64,000 bases of DNA from Promethearchaeia archaeon (GCA_029856155.1 JAHQWL010000075.1:1-64000), one strand, 5' to 3'. Shown: positions 40,923-50,784, counted from the stretch's first letter. Made by a program: numbers and translations. The notes: generated by a model from the letters alone, not told the origin.

Positions 40923-41516
40923 TTAATCAAAAAATTCATTTAAACGATCCTCTTTAAATAACTTTTCAAGCCAATCAACTTTTCCAATCTTAAAATTTTC
41001 TCCGTTATTATTTTCAAATATAATTTCAACGATAATTTGCGCTACAGCTTCAATATTAGTATTTGTCGTGTCGATTTCATATATGGGTGCTTTTATCCGC
41101 TTTTGAATAAAATAATTGGCACAATTACCTAGAATTTCTGCTTGAATGTTTTCATTAATTTTTTCTCTATCGAAATTTTTTATTTCTAATCTTCTGAATA
41201 ATTCATCCGGATCACATCTTAAAATAAATACATAATCAATAAATCTTTCGGGAATAATATCTGAGAAATGGCTTTCTATTATCAGGTATGGTGGATTCTC
41301 TTGTTTAATATCTTCAATCTTATCTAAAATATAAGGTAGAAATATTTCAAAATCTACGATATATGTTTTTCTTTCTTCATCATATTCAAATGAAAATTCA
41401 TCCGAAATTGCTAATTCATTTAAAGACATTATTTTAGCTTTAATTAAATTAGAAATTTCTTTTGCTACCGAAGTTTTTCCGCAGCCAGGTGTTCCGGAGA
41501 TAACGATATTTTTCAT
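40923..41516 (-). CDS. AK6/Fap7-type adenylate kinase
   Basis: ISGTPGCGKT, IIESH, LRCDP...L...KINENIQAEI. Confidence 0.9.
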   Translation of the reverse strand: MKNIVISGTPGCGKTSVAKEISNLIKAKIMSLNELAISDEFSFEYDEERKTYIVDFEIFLPYILDKIEDIKQENPPYLIIESHFSDIIPERFIDYVFILRCDPDELFRRLEIKNFDREKINENIQAEILGNCANYFIQKRIKAPIYEIDTTNTNIEAVAQIIVEIIFENNNGENFKIGKVDWLEKLFKEDRLNEFFD

Positions 41517-41874
41517 TTCTAAGTATATAATAGAGATCGATAATTAAAAAAGTGAATGAACATAATTGAAGTTAATTCATAGTAAGAGTTTTCAGGAAGA
41601 ATTTTTCTTGATAATATCAAAGAATCCTCTAAGATGTAAAAATACATAATAAAAGAGTGATTTAAATTATGATGATAGTATCATTCAATACAATCCATTG
41701 GGTGCTTAATAACATAATTACAATACAAACTTGGTTTCTTATTAAAGAATATTATTACTCATGAGGAGAAAGTACTATTTGATGAATCGATGCGATTACA
41801 GTTAAGTAAGCGCAGAATGGACAAAAATAAAGATCTTGAATTTGAAATTCTAACTTACCTTTTTTTACTATTTA

Positions 41875-42324
41875 CTAATGTTCAAGGAAATCTCTGAAAC
41901 TATGATATACACAGACAATATATTCACATTTGGGGCATTCGTACCAATCTTTATATCTCTCATTTGATTTTATTAGTAATGGGATTTGACAAGAGGGACA
42001 TTTTATAGGTTGTTCTTTATGATTTATTATATGCTTTTTATAATCCTCTTCTAGCTCACATTCAAGATCTTCTTTTAATATATATGAATCTGTTTTTGCT
42101 ATAAAATCTAATATTTCTTGGTTCGGATACCATTCATTATGATGTCTGTATTTTCTAAATCTTTTATGTAAATCATATTCTCCTCTACTATTGCCTTCAA
42201 TAATCTTTAGTATTCTCAATTTGTCTGCATTGAAGCTCTTTAAAATACTACATCTATCTTTTGGATTAGTAGAAAAACCAATCTTTATCAATCCTGTTTT
42301 TTTAGCTTGAATAAAATACAACAT
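41875..42324 (-). CDS. GIY-YIG (T5orf172/MUG113-like) nuclease with a C-terminal Zn ribbon
   Basis: LYFIQ...IKIGFSTNPKDR...E..LHKRF...EWY; CPSC...CPKC. Confidence 0.85.
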   Translation of the reverse strand: MLYFIQAKKTGLIKIGFSTNPKDRCSILKSFNADKLRILKIIEGNSRGEYDLHKRFRKYRHHNEWYPNQEILDFIAKTDSYILKEDLECELEEDYKKHIINHKEQPIKCPSCQIPLLIKSNERYKDWYECPKCEYIVCVYHSFRDFLEH

Positions 42325-42674
42325 TATATAATTCCTCTTAAGTGATAATGCTTTTCTTAATCATCGATTAATATGAGTTAAGAAAGAATTTTTGGTCATT
42401 CACCTTCTCTAATTAATTATAAAATAAAGATTTTCTTTAATTTAAATGAAAGAGTCCCGAAATTTTATGATTAATAAATAAATCGATGCAATAAAAAGCA
42501 ACTACTTCGCCAAATAAATAAAAATCTTTAACGTAGACTAAGCATACTTAAATTTAGCAAGTTATTCCATCCATATTTTTAATCGGAGTGACTAATTTAA
42601 CTCATCTCATTGAAAGATTGAAATTTAGTTTTTAATTAAAATTTATTGTTTAAAATAAGGAAATAATAAAATAA

Positions 42675-42869
42675 TTGAGAAAAAACTGCAAGAACCTCAT
42701 GAATTATATATTATTTAAGAATAAATATCCTATGTTTGATATTGAATATAAAATTAGACAGAGCTATTATAATGCTCTCGAAAATGCAAATCTAAAGGAA
42801 GATGATATGATTTTTATTGGTTGGTTTTGTAAAAGATATATTAAAGCAAATGAACATTACTTGAAATAA
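42675..42869 (+). pseudogene. C-terminal remnant of a Fic-domain protein
   Basis: LMNYILFKNKYPMFDI...RQSYYNALENA. KTAR (the tail of the GNGRTAR motif) is readable in a shifted frame just upstream. The HPFxDGNGR core is absent. Confidence 0.65.
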
Positions 42870-42938
42870 AAGTTTTATACCTTTTTGAGTGCCCGCTGTA
42901 AAAAAAATAATCGGAGTATCACATGCCTAACTAATAAG

Positions 42939-43042
42939 TGGGAAAGGGGGGCTTCGAACCCCCGACCTCACGGTTATCAGCCGTGCGCTATACCAGGCTA
43001 AGCCACTGAAGAGATACTTCTAACACAAGAATCCACTCTCCC
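42939..43042 (-). tRNA. tRNA-Ile(GAT) with an apparent 30-nt intron near position 7/8 (~43006-43035)
   Basis: Anticodon arm CACGG-CTGATAA-CCGTG and T arm GGGGG-TTCGAAG-CCCCC. The 3' acceptor strand CTTTCCC pairs only with GGGAGAG, which sits 30 nt further upstream than expected. Confidence 0.88.
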
Positions 43043-43199
43043 AAGCTGCTTTCCCTTTAAAGATTAATTATAAAAGTTTTAATTCTTTATTATTAAAAGT
43101 TGTAATGGTTATTATCAATGTACAATTTGTTGAATAATTTATATAATATATAGCTAAAAAATTTTTTGACAATTTGAAAAAGATAAATTTCCCTTAAAT

Positions 43200-44648
43200 T
43201 TACAAAAAGTCGTCTAAAGAACCCTTGATTCGATACGATTCACCATCTCCTAAAGGATCAAACCTAACATAGGGATCATATTTCATTTGAACATCATAAA
43301 GGCCAAATACATCTTTAACCTGTTCATTGAATTGTAGAACAATTTCCTGTATTACTCGTTTTTGATTTTTCAATAACATTTTTCGATTAAAACCGTCCTT
43401 TTCTTTCAAGCGTATTAGAATTATCTTTTTTCTATAAGAAACCTCATTTTTAATAGAGTCTCTCGCGTTTATTGAGGCAAAATCCTCCATACTATCGCAA
43501 AAAGGATTTTTTTTAATATTTATCTCATCATGATAAAAACCATCATATTCTCCAGCTATCGCAAATTTATAATTGATTCCGTCATTCCCTATAACATAAA
43601 CATTAGGACAAAAATGATCATATCTTAATTGGCCAACAAAAACAGGAATAGGATATTTAACTCCATTTATTCGTATTGTTCGGATAATGACCTTCTCTCT
43701 ATCAATTCCACAAGCCTGTTCTAACCTTACTTGAACTTTGAATTCTTTTTTAAAAAACTGCTCTAAATAAGTCCTCATCATTCTTTCACAGATCAACTCA
43801 TTACAATATGGGCACCAATTATAATCATATATTATTTTTCTCACTTGAATCGAGAATTCATGTCCTACTCCGCATGATATTTTTATATACCTATCAGTAG
43901 GATATTCAGTCATTAATTCATAAACAGTTCTCGAAGTCAGAATACGTGCTTTTCCATGACTTCGATACTGAATGAAGTCTTTAATATTCTCATATTCAAT
44001 TCTTTTTCGTATAGCACACGTTTTGCCCCATACTTCATCGTAAATCGCGCGTGATTCACCAGGATTATAGCATTTCACTTGAACAAGATATTCTATTACC
44101 CATGGTTTAAATGTATTTTTACTGATTATCCCATGCAAATCACCTTTTAGTAAATTATTCCTTGTTGGAATCAAAGATATGCTCTTAGGATATAATCTAA
44201 TATATTTTTCAATTATTTCATAAAACCTAATTTTTTCTTTTTTTTTAGCTGAATTTTCTGGCCAAAATAATTTTATAACATCTTCTACTGCTTCTTTCCC
44301 ATATAATATTTCTAACCAAGTTGAAATGTAAGCTCTAAGTGTTGGTCTTGAAATTCCTAAGCGATCTGAAATCGTTCGTAATGATCCAAATCTGTCATCA
44401 TATATAATGTCTTTAAAACAATTTATTGGGTCATTTCCTAATAAATCTATTACATAATTTCTAATTTTTTGTTTATCTATTTCACTGAGATTTGAACAAC
44501 TAGGTTTTAAACCTAAATTTATGTTGTTAGTACGAAAAAAATTCGAATTATTCGGGTCGTAATAATTAAAATGGCGACCTTTGGAGTTATTTAATCCACA
44601 ATAATTTTCACCATTAATATGATTCCTTTTGTTATTTTCTTTTTTCAT
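43200..44648 (-). CDS. Putative Vsr/DUF559-like endonuclease with HTH, Zn ribbon and a PIP-box-like C-terminus
   Basis: HTH SLRTISDRLGISRPTLR; CGVGHEF...WCPYC; LRYDHF...AGEYDGFYH...RDSIK...ILIRL; terminal KGSLDDFL. Confidence 0.7.
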   Translation of the reverse strand: MKKENNKRNHINGENYCGLNNSKGRHFNYYDPNNSNFFRTNNINLGLKPSCSNLSEIDKQKIRNYVIDLLGNDPINCFKDIIYDDRFGSLRTISDRLGISRPTLRAYISTWLEILYGKEAVEDVIKLFWPENSAKKKEKIRFYEIIEKYIRLYPKSISLIPTRNNLLKGDLHGIISKNTFKPWVIEYLVQVKCYNPGESRAIYDEVWGKTCAIRKRIEYENIKDFIQYRSHGKARILTSRTVYELMTEYPTDRYIKISCGVGHEFSIQVRKIIYDYNWCPYCNELICERMMRTYLEQFFKKEFKVQVRLEQACGIDREKVIIRTIRINGVKYPIPVFVGQLRYDHFCPNVYVIGNDGINYKFAIAGEYDGFYHDEINIKKNPFCDSMEDFASINARDSIKNEVSYRKKIILIRLKEKDGFNRKMLLKNQKRVIQEIVLQFNEQVKDVFGLYDVQMKYDPYVRFDPLGDGESYRIKGSLDDFL

Positions 44649-45022
44649 TTAATCCCATACATCTTATAATTCTTCTGTTACTCTATTTTCAATAAAAATT
44701 TTATCAAACAATGAAATAAAAATCTATTTTATGTTTTAGAGTTATTATTTTATACATTTTTTATTAGAAATTACCACTTTAAAATCCGTGATATTTATCT
44801 TTTTCTTTCCTCTTTAGATATATAATCATTAGAGTTTATAAATTTATATATTTTCTATTCAAGCGATTTTATCTTTATAAATAAACTAAAAATCTTTAAT
44901 TTAATTTTGCCTTTATAAATCTTTCGTAAAACTAATTTATGTTAGCATACCCATAAATACTATAAAAAAATCAAATTAATGAAACCAAAAAAGTAAATAA
45001 ACTAAGGTATTATGAAAAATAT

Positions 45023-48000
45023 CTAGGATTCTAAAATTCGTTCATTTTCTACTTTTTCTTTGAAAATAAGTTCGGGATACAAAAATTCAAAAGTTTTACT
45101 AAACAATTTATGGTTCATCCACATTTCATTTTTTGTGTTCCATATTAAATTTTTTAAGGGATTATATTTTTCAAGAAAATTTTTATTTCCGTAGACCGAT
45201 TTGATAATAGAGTCACCATTAACCAAATCAGTTAATATCAAATATTTTTCAATCCTTAAGTACTGAAAAATATATTCAAAAATTCTTAAAAATTCAGCAA
45301 TTTCGCAATCTGGAAGATATAATTTGATCATTAGTCCACTATATATCTTTTTCTTCTTACTAAAGCCGTGAATATAATACTCTCCTTCAATTTCGTAAAT
45401 AAAACCTAAATTGAAATACTGAAATATGTATTTTAGTATATCAATTGTATCTTTTTTTAGATTTAGCAAAATAATATGGATAATTTCATTCAATCCCAAA
45501 TTTTTTGGAGTAATAATGGGAAAGATAATTTTCTTCTTGATTAAAGTTTGAATCTCATCGAAGATAGATTGGTTAATAATATTATAATTTTTCTTAATAT
45601 CAACAGAATGCCAATTATATATATGCAATAAAGCTTTAAAATAGGGAGAATTAGGTTTATAATAATCTGAAATTATTAAATCACCAGTATCAAAATGTTT
45701 CACGTCTGAAGTTTGAACTCTATAATTTGGATTGAAAAGAATATTTTGTATATAAGTATTAAAATTATTAGAATCTAAGTACCATCCATTTGAGCTTAAA
45801 TTATAGTTGAAATGGAAAATTTGAGAAACAGATTTAATAGTAAATAGGCAATATTCTCTTATTTTGTTTTTACTTCTCAACCAGTTAAGGTATGAAGTAT
45901 TGGGTTTATTGTAAGGAAATAGATATTTAATAAATATGGAATTAGAACTATCAATTGATGCCATATGCTTAATTTTTTGAAAAGTATTTGTAAATAATAT
46001 TTTGAAATCTACATCTTCTACATCAAAAGGAGTAATATATAAAAAGTATTGTCCTAATCCAAAATTTTGGAAAGCAGGAAGTAGTTTTATTGATTTTATA
46101 TATTGTCTAAAGAAATTTTCTTTTTTTATTATTTGAAATTCTCCTTTGTTCATAAAATGTTTTTCAAGATTTAAGTGAAAATGTATTAATTTTTGAATAT
46201 CTATTGGATTAAAACTGATACATTCAGATCTAATTCTTTTGTTGATTTTCTTAATAAGATTTGCCAGATTTTCTTTTATAGACCAATGTTTAATCGTACT
46301 AACTGATTTTTCTTTAAATTGGTTTAACTCTTCGCCACAAATATTTTTAGTGTAAAGAAAAAATTGCTCAAATAGATCTTTGGTGAAGAAAAACTCTTTC
46401 TTATTGAAATCATAAAAATCTTTTCTTGAAAAAGTATGTAAAAAACCGTCCCATGAATATCGTTTAAAAGATATAATATTTTCTTTAAAAATCTTAGATA
46501 TTACTGAAATTAATGTTATCTTTTCGTTATTATTCAAATATGGAATAAAAAGTTGTAAAAAAATAAATTCTTGGTTACTGAATAAATCTATTGTTTCATA
46601 GAAATAACTTTTAGGAAAATAATTTTTTATTTTATTTATTGTAGCTCTTACTTCAGGGGAATTTTTTAGTATTATTTGAGGAAAATAGCTTGCGACTGAA
46701 TTTGTCCATATAGTAGCAATTAAGTAGGGTTTAATTATCTTAGGATCTTTATTGATAAATTCATCTATCTTGAGATTAATTGTCTTATTTGATACATTAT
46801 AAGTTTTATTTTTTTTTTTTAATTCTCTTAATCGTGCTTTTTTTAATTTAGTAATCTTATTTGATAAGTTTGGATCATTGATTATTTTTTTAATTGATTT
46901 AATACTAAAAATTTTTAAATTAGAACATAACTTTAAAAATTCGTAAAAAATTCGGAGTTTTTCAACATCTTTAGCATATTTGGCTCTAGAATTCAAATAA
47001 TTCAGGAAGAGATTTTTAAAAGTAAAGGAATTTGAATCTATATGGTCAAATATATTACTTTCTTCAATTGATTGTATTATATTCTCTTTTTCAACAAATT
47101 CTTTAAATTGAATAAAATTATTCATTCTGTTTGTATCTTTCGATTCTTTTTCAATTATTTTGAAATAATTTACCCATTTTTTTAATTCATCTTTAATATA
47201 GAAAAATCCGAAATTTTGATTTCTTTCTAAAAAAATTACGAAATCCTTTCGGAGTTCAGGAGAATCAATTAGTATTTTCAAACTATTCTCTAATTCTTCA
47301 ATTAAACTATTTTCACCTATGAAAAAATTAGAATGATCAGATTTTATTATGTTTGAAATTTCCCTTTTTCTTGAAAAGTTTATTCCAACAAAAGAAAAAA
47401 ATCTTATTCTCTCTAAAATTAAAAAATCCAGAAGTGTTAGATTAGGTTTATTAAAGTCTTTATTATAATTTTGTATGAATTCGATTTCAAAGTCTTTTGA
47501 GTAGTTTTTATTATTAAGTTCTATTATCTGCCCATTTTTATAAGATTCTCTAAAATAATTTAAATTCAACGAAAAAACATACTTCTTTGCTAAAGAACAA
47601 TGTTTCTTAATTATGTATCCATATTTCTCCATTTCTTTCAACATATAAATCAAATCTTTAATATAAATTCTTGGAATAACAAAATATGCCGATAATTCTA
47701 CTGCAAAATTAGTTATCGAAAGTTTTGGCATAATTAGAAATGGCATTTGGTTAGTAATCTTGTCAATTTTAGCTTTTTCTAGTAGAGGATTGAATTGCAA
47801 ATGGCATGTAATAATAGCTATATTAATTGCTTTCCAATCAAAATAGTATGATGGGGTTATATAGCTATATTTATTAATCCATCGAAGGTTTTTTCTAAAA
47901 CTCCGTGAACTCAAATCAGTTTGGATGATTCCCTGTTTTTTAAAATTATTAAAGTAATTATAAAATCCTTCCAAAGTATCACAGTTTTTTATTTTGTAGA

Positions 48001-48688
48001 AAATTTTAGTTAAAATTCTAAGAGTTTCTGTAATCTCATTACTCTGTAAATTCTTTGAAGATTTGAACATAAAATCTTCATACATTTTATTAAAGTAAAA
48101 TTGTAGATTCTCATCGAAATCTAGGTTTGAATTTTGCCTGATGTATTCAAAAAAGAATTGTTTTGGACTTTCGGAATCTTTTGTTTCTTTTAATTCAAGG
48201 AATTTGTCAAAACGGAATTTATCTGATTGATTCGATAGAAAATTGTAATTCAAAAATCTTTCTCTTATGAAAAGTCCCCATTCTGTAACCGAGGTGAATT
48301 CTTTTAAATCAATTTCTACAAATTGGTTAATAGCAAAATCAATGAGATTTTTTTCTTTTAGATTATTCGGGATAAAAGTAAGATAAGCACTTTGAAGTAA
48401 TAGAAAGGGGAAGAACTTTCTATAATTTTTAAAAAGTTTAATATGATATATATCATCTCTTATAGATCTATTCACTCCGTAACTATGTAATCTTTTATCT
48501 GAATCTCTGTTCTCATTTATTTCATCAACAACATGTATTTTTACTTTTTTGTTGATTACATCTAAATTTAAATAAGCTTTTAACTCATTCATTAGATAAA
48601 TGAAAATCTGATTTATCTTAATAGGATCATCCATATTAGATAATTTTTTCAACTTATCTAAATTAGGAGAGTTAACCAAATTCATCAA
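45023..48688 (-). CDS. Giant (1221 aa) protein of unknown function, paralogue 2
   Basis: Collinear with 33836-37462 over its whole length, most strongly in the C-terminal third. Confidence 0.75.
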   Translation of the reverse strand: MMNLVNSPNLDKLKKLSNMDDPIKINQIFIYLMNELKAYLNLDVINKKVKIHVVDEINENRDSDKRLHSYGVNRSIRDDIYHIKLFKNYRKFFPFLLLQSAYLTFIPNNLKEKNLIDFAINQFVEIDLKEFTSVTEWGLFIRERFLNYNFLSNQSDKFRFDKFLELKETKDSESPKQFFFEYIRQNSNLDFDENLQFYFNKMYEDFMFKSSKNLQSNEITETLRILTKIFYKIKNCDTLEGFYNYFNNFKKQGIIQTDLSSRSFRKNLRWINKYSYITPSYYFDWKAINIAIITCHLQFNPLLEKAKIDKITNQMPFLIMPKLSITNFAVELSAYFVIPRIYIKDLIYMLKEMEKYGYIIKKHCSLAKKYVFSLNLNYFRESYKNGQIIELNNKNYSKDFEIEFIQNYNKDFNKPNLTLLDFLILERIRFFSFVGINFSRKREISNIIKSDHSNFFIGENSLIEELENSLKILIDSPELRKDFVIFLERNQNFGFFYIKDELKKWVNYFKIIEKESKDTNRMNNFIQFKEFVEKENIIQSIEESNIFDHIDSNSFTFKNLFLNYLNSRAKYAKDVEKLRIFYEFLKLCSNLKIFSIKSIKKIINDPNLSNKITKLKKARLRELKKKNKTYNVSNKTINLKIDEFINKDPKIIKPYLIATIWTNSVASYFPQIILKNSPEVRATINKIKNYFPKSYFYETIDLFSNQEFIFLQLFIPYLNNNEKITLISVISKIFKENIISFKRYSWDGFLHTFSRKDFYDFNKKEFFFTKDLFEQFFLYTKNICGEELNQFKEKSVSTIKHWSIKENLANLIKKINKRIRSECISFNPIDIQKLIHFHLNLEKHFMNKGEFQIIKKENFFRQYIKSIKLLPAFQNFGLGQYFLYITPFDVEDVDFKILFTNTFQKIKHMASIDSSNSIFIKYLFPYNKPNTSYLNWLRSKNKIREYCLFTIKSVSQIFHFNYNLSSNGWYLDSNNFNTYIQNILFNPNYRVQTSDVKHFDTGDLIISDYYKPNSPYFKALLHIYNWHSVDIKKNYNIINQSIFDEIQTLIKKKIIFPIITPKNLGLNEIIHIILLNLKKDTIDILKYIFQYFNLGFIYEIEGEYYIHGFSKKKKIYSGLMIKLYLPDCEIAEFLRIFEYIFQYLRIEKYLILTDLVNGDSIIKSVYGNKNFLEKYNPLKNLIWNTKNEMWMNHKLFSKTFEFLYPELIFKEKVENERILES

Positions 48689-48963
48689 TTTAATATATAA
48701 TTTTTGTCTTGAATCTAATATGCTGCAATTTACTTTTTAAAATTTTTCAAAGGAACTCCTTTTGTATCAAATATAATATTCCTTTATAAAGAAAAAATTG
48801 AAATAAAAATAATTCTACATAAGGATTTTATAAATATTTTTGATTCACTATAAGTGCAATTTAACCTAATTTTTATCGAAAATTAGAAAATTCTTTCTGT
48901 TTAAATAGAAGAATATAGAAGAAATGACATCAATTCATTTCATTTAATAAAAAGGTAATTAAT

Positions 48964-49077
48964 TTGAAATTATTTAAAGTATATAGAGTTCTTTTATTTG
49001 TATTAATCGGCATTGCTTCCTTTTTGCCTATGATTAGCATTGTATTAGGTTGGAAAGGAGATGGTGGAGGACCATAA
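48964..49077 (+). CDS. Uncalled 37-aa signal-peptide-like precursor MKLFKVYRVLLFVLIGIASFLPMISIVLGWKGDGGGP, divergent from giant protein 2
   Basis: TTG start 7 nt after AAAGGT; basic n-region, hydrophobic core and a Gly-rich tail encoded by GC-rich codons. Confidence 0.6.
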   Translation: MKLFKVYRVLLFVLIGIASFLPMISIVLGWKGDGGGP

Positions 49078-49359
49078 TACAAAAAGCCCATTAATCAAAT
49101 AAAGAATATTTCAAATTTTTTTTACATTTATTTCTCTGATACCTGGATTTTTTATATTAAATTTATGAAATTGAAGCAATTTTTATTAAATTCTGGACTA
49201 ATTTAAAATAGATTTAGATATTTAGATTTAGAATTAACACTATTTAATGGTTGTTAGGAATAAATGTAATAAATAGTATTTAAAAAATTTTTTGACCAAA
49301 AAAATAATAAAATATGCTTATTTTTAATTAATATTATACAGTAGATGTGTTGAGATAAA

Positions 49360-49944
49360 TTGAAGTCGGGATATAGTCATGTGAAAGAAACGTTCGAAAA
49401 GCACGAAAAAGGATATCAAACACCACATTGGTATCGCGGAATTGAATATCGAAAAGGTAGATCGATTCAAAGAGTTGAAAAACCTACAAATCTTCATCGA
49501 GCAAGAACGTTAGGGTATAAGGCAAAACAAGGATACGTAATAGTTCGAGCAAGAATTAGGAAAGGAGGTATGCATAAAATTCGCCCAAAACGAGGAAGAA
49601 AACCAAGAGCTATGGGTGTTACTAGATATACAACTGGCAAGAATCTTCAATGGATTGCTGAGGAACGAGTTCAGAGAAAGTATCCAAATATGCAAGTTCT
49701 AAATAGTTACAAAATCTATGCCGATGGGAAACATTGGTATTACGAGACAATTTTAGTAGACCCCAATCATCCTGTAATTAAGTCGGATCCAAAAATCAAT
49801 TGGATAGCTGACCCACAACATACGAAGAGAGTAACTCGTGGTCTTACATCAGCAGGAAAAAGAGCTCGAGGCCTTCATAAGAAAGGTTGGGGATCAGAAA
49901 AAACACGACCAAGTATTAGAGCAAATAAGGGTCGTGGTAAGTAA
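49360..49944 (+). CDS. rpl15e: 50S ribosomal protein eL15
   Basis: [42 protein letters not shown]. Confidence 0.97.
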   Translation: MKSGYSHVKETFEKHEKGYQTPHWYRGIEYRKGRSIQRVEKPTNLHRARTLGYKAKQGYVIVRARIRKGGMHKIRPKRGRKPRAMGVTRYTTGKNLQWIAEERVQRKYPNMQVLNSYKIYADGKHWYYETILVDPNHPVIKSDPKINWIADPQHTKRVTRGLTSAGKRARGLHKKGWGSEKTRPSIRANKGRGK

Positions 49945-49986
49945 CTTTTGTAGTTTTATTTTCTCTTTTTAAAAATTTAAAAGAAA

Positions 49987-50784
49987 TTATAACTTATTTA
50001 TACTAATTGTCATTCCACCATCAAGGATTATATTTTGTCCCGTAATATAGTCTGATGCGGGGGATGCTAAGAACAACGCTACATCTGCAACTTGTGTAGA
50101 TTCTCCGATTTTATCAATTGGTAGTTTAACATTTCGTAATTTAATCCATTCTCTGATAAAATCTGGATCATTATTGTATATTGGCGTAAGGAAGATTCCT
50201 GGACAAATAGCATTTACTGTTATGTTGCTAGGGCCTAATTCAAGTGCCCAAAGTTTTGTAAAAGCAATAAGGGCAGCTTTACTGACGCTATACATCCCAA
50301 TAAATGGGTTTAAACCACATTCTGTACCTGCACATGACGTAATATTAATGATTTTTCCTGCTATCGGTTCAAATTTCTGTTTACTCATTTTTCTATAAAA
50401 TGCTTTTGTTATATTCCATGCTCCTTTTACATTTACATCCATAACTCTATTGTAGTCCTTAATTTTAGTTTTTAGACTTGAGGAACCTCCTCTTATCCCC
50501 GCATTATTTACTAAGATAAACACATTATCAAATTTATTAAAAACATTCTCACTCATGATGCTTACTTGTTCTTCATCAGAAATATCTGCTTGTTCAAGTA
50601 AAATCTCAACATTATTCGATTTTAGAACAATATCGCGGGTTTCTTTTATACTTTCAAGGTTAATATCATTTAATACTAAATTTGCACCTTTATTTGCAAA
50701 TGCAATCGCCATTTCACGACCAAATCCACTTCCTGCCCCTGTAATAAGGGCTACTTTTCCCTCCAAAAAGTTTTCTTCTGACAT
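49987..50784 (-). CDS. Short-chain dehydrogenase/reductase
   Basis: TGAGSGFG, NNAG, YSVSK, VNAICPG, ITGQNIILDGG. Confidence 0.93.
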   Translation of the reverse strand: MSEENFLEGKVALITGAGSGFGREMAIAFANKGANLVLNDINLESIKETRDIVLKSNNVEILLEQADISDEEQVSIMSENVFNKFDNVFILVNNAGIRGGSSSLKTKIKDYNRVMDVNVKGAWNITKAFYRKMSKQKFEPIAGKIINITSCAGTECGLNPFIGMYSVSKAALIAFTKLWALELGPSNITVNAICPGIFLTPIYNNDPDFIREWIKLRNVKLPIDKIGESTQVADVALFLASPASDYITGQNIILDGGMTISINKL

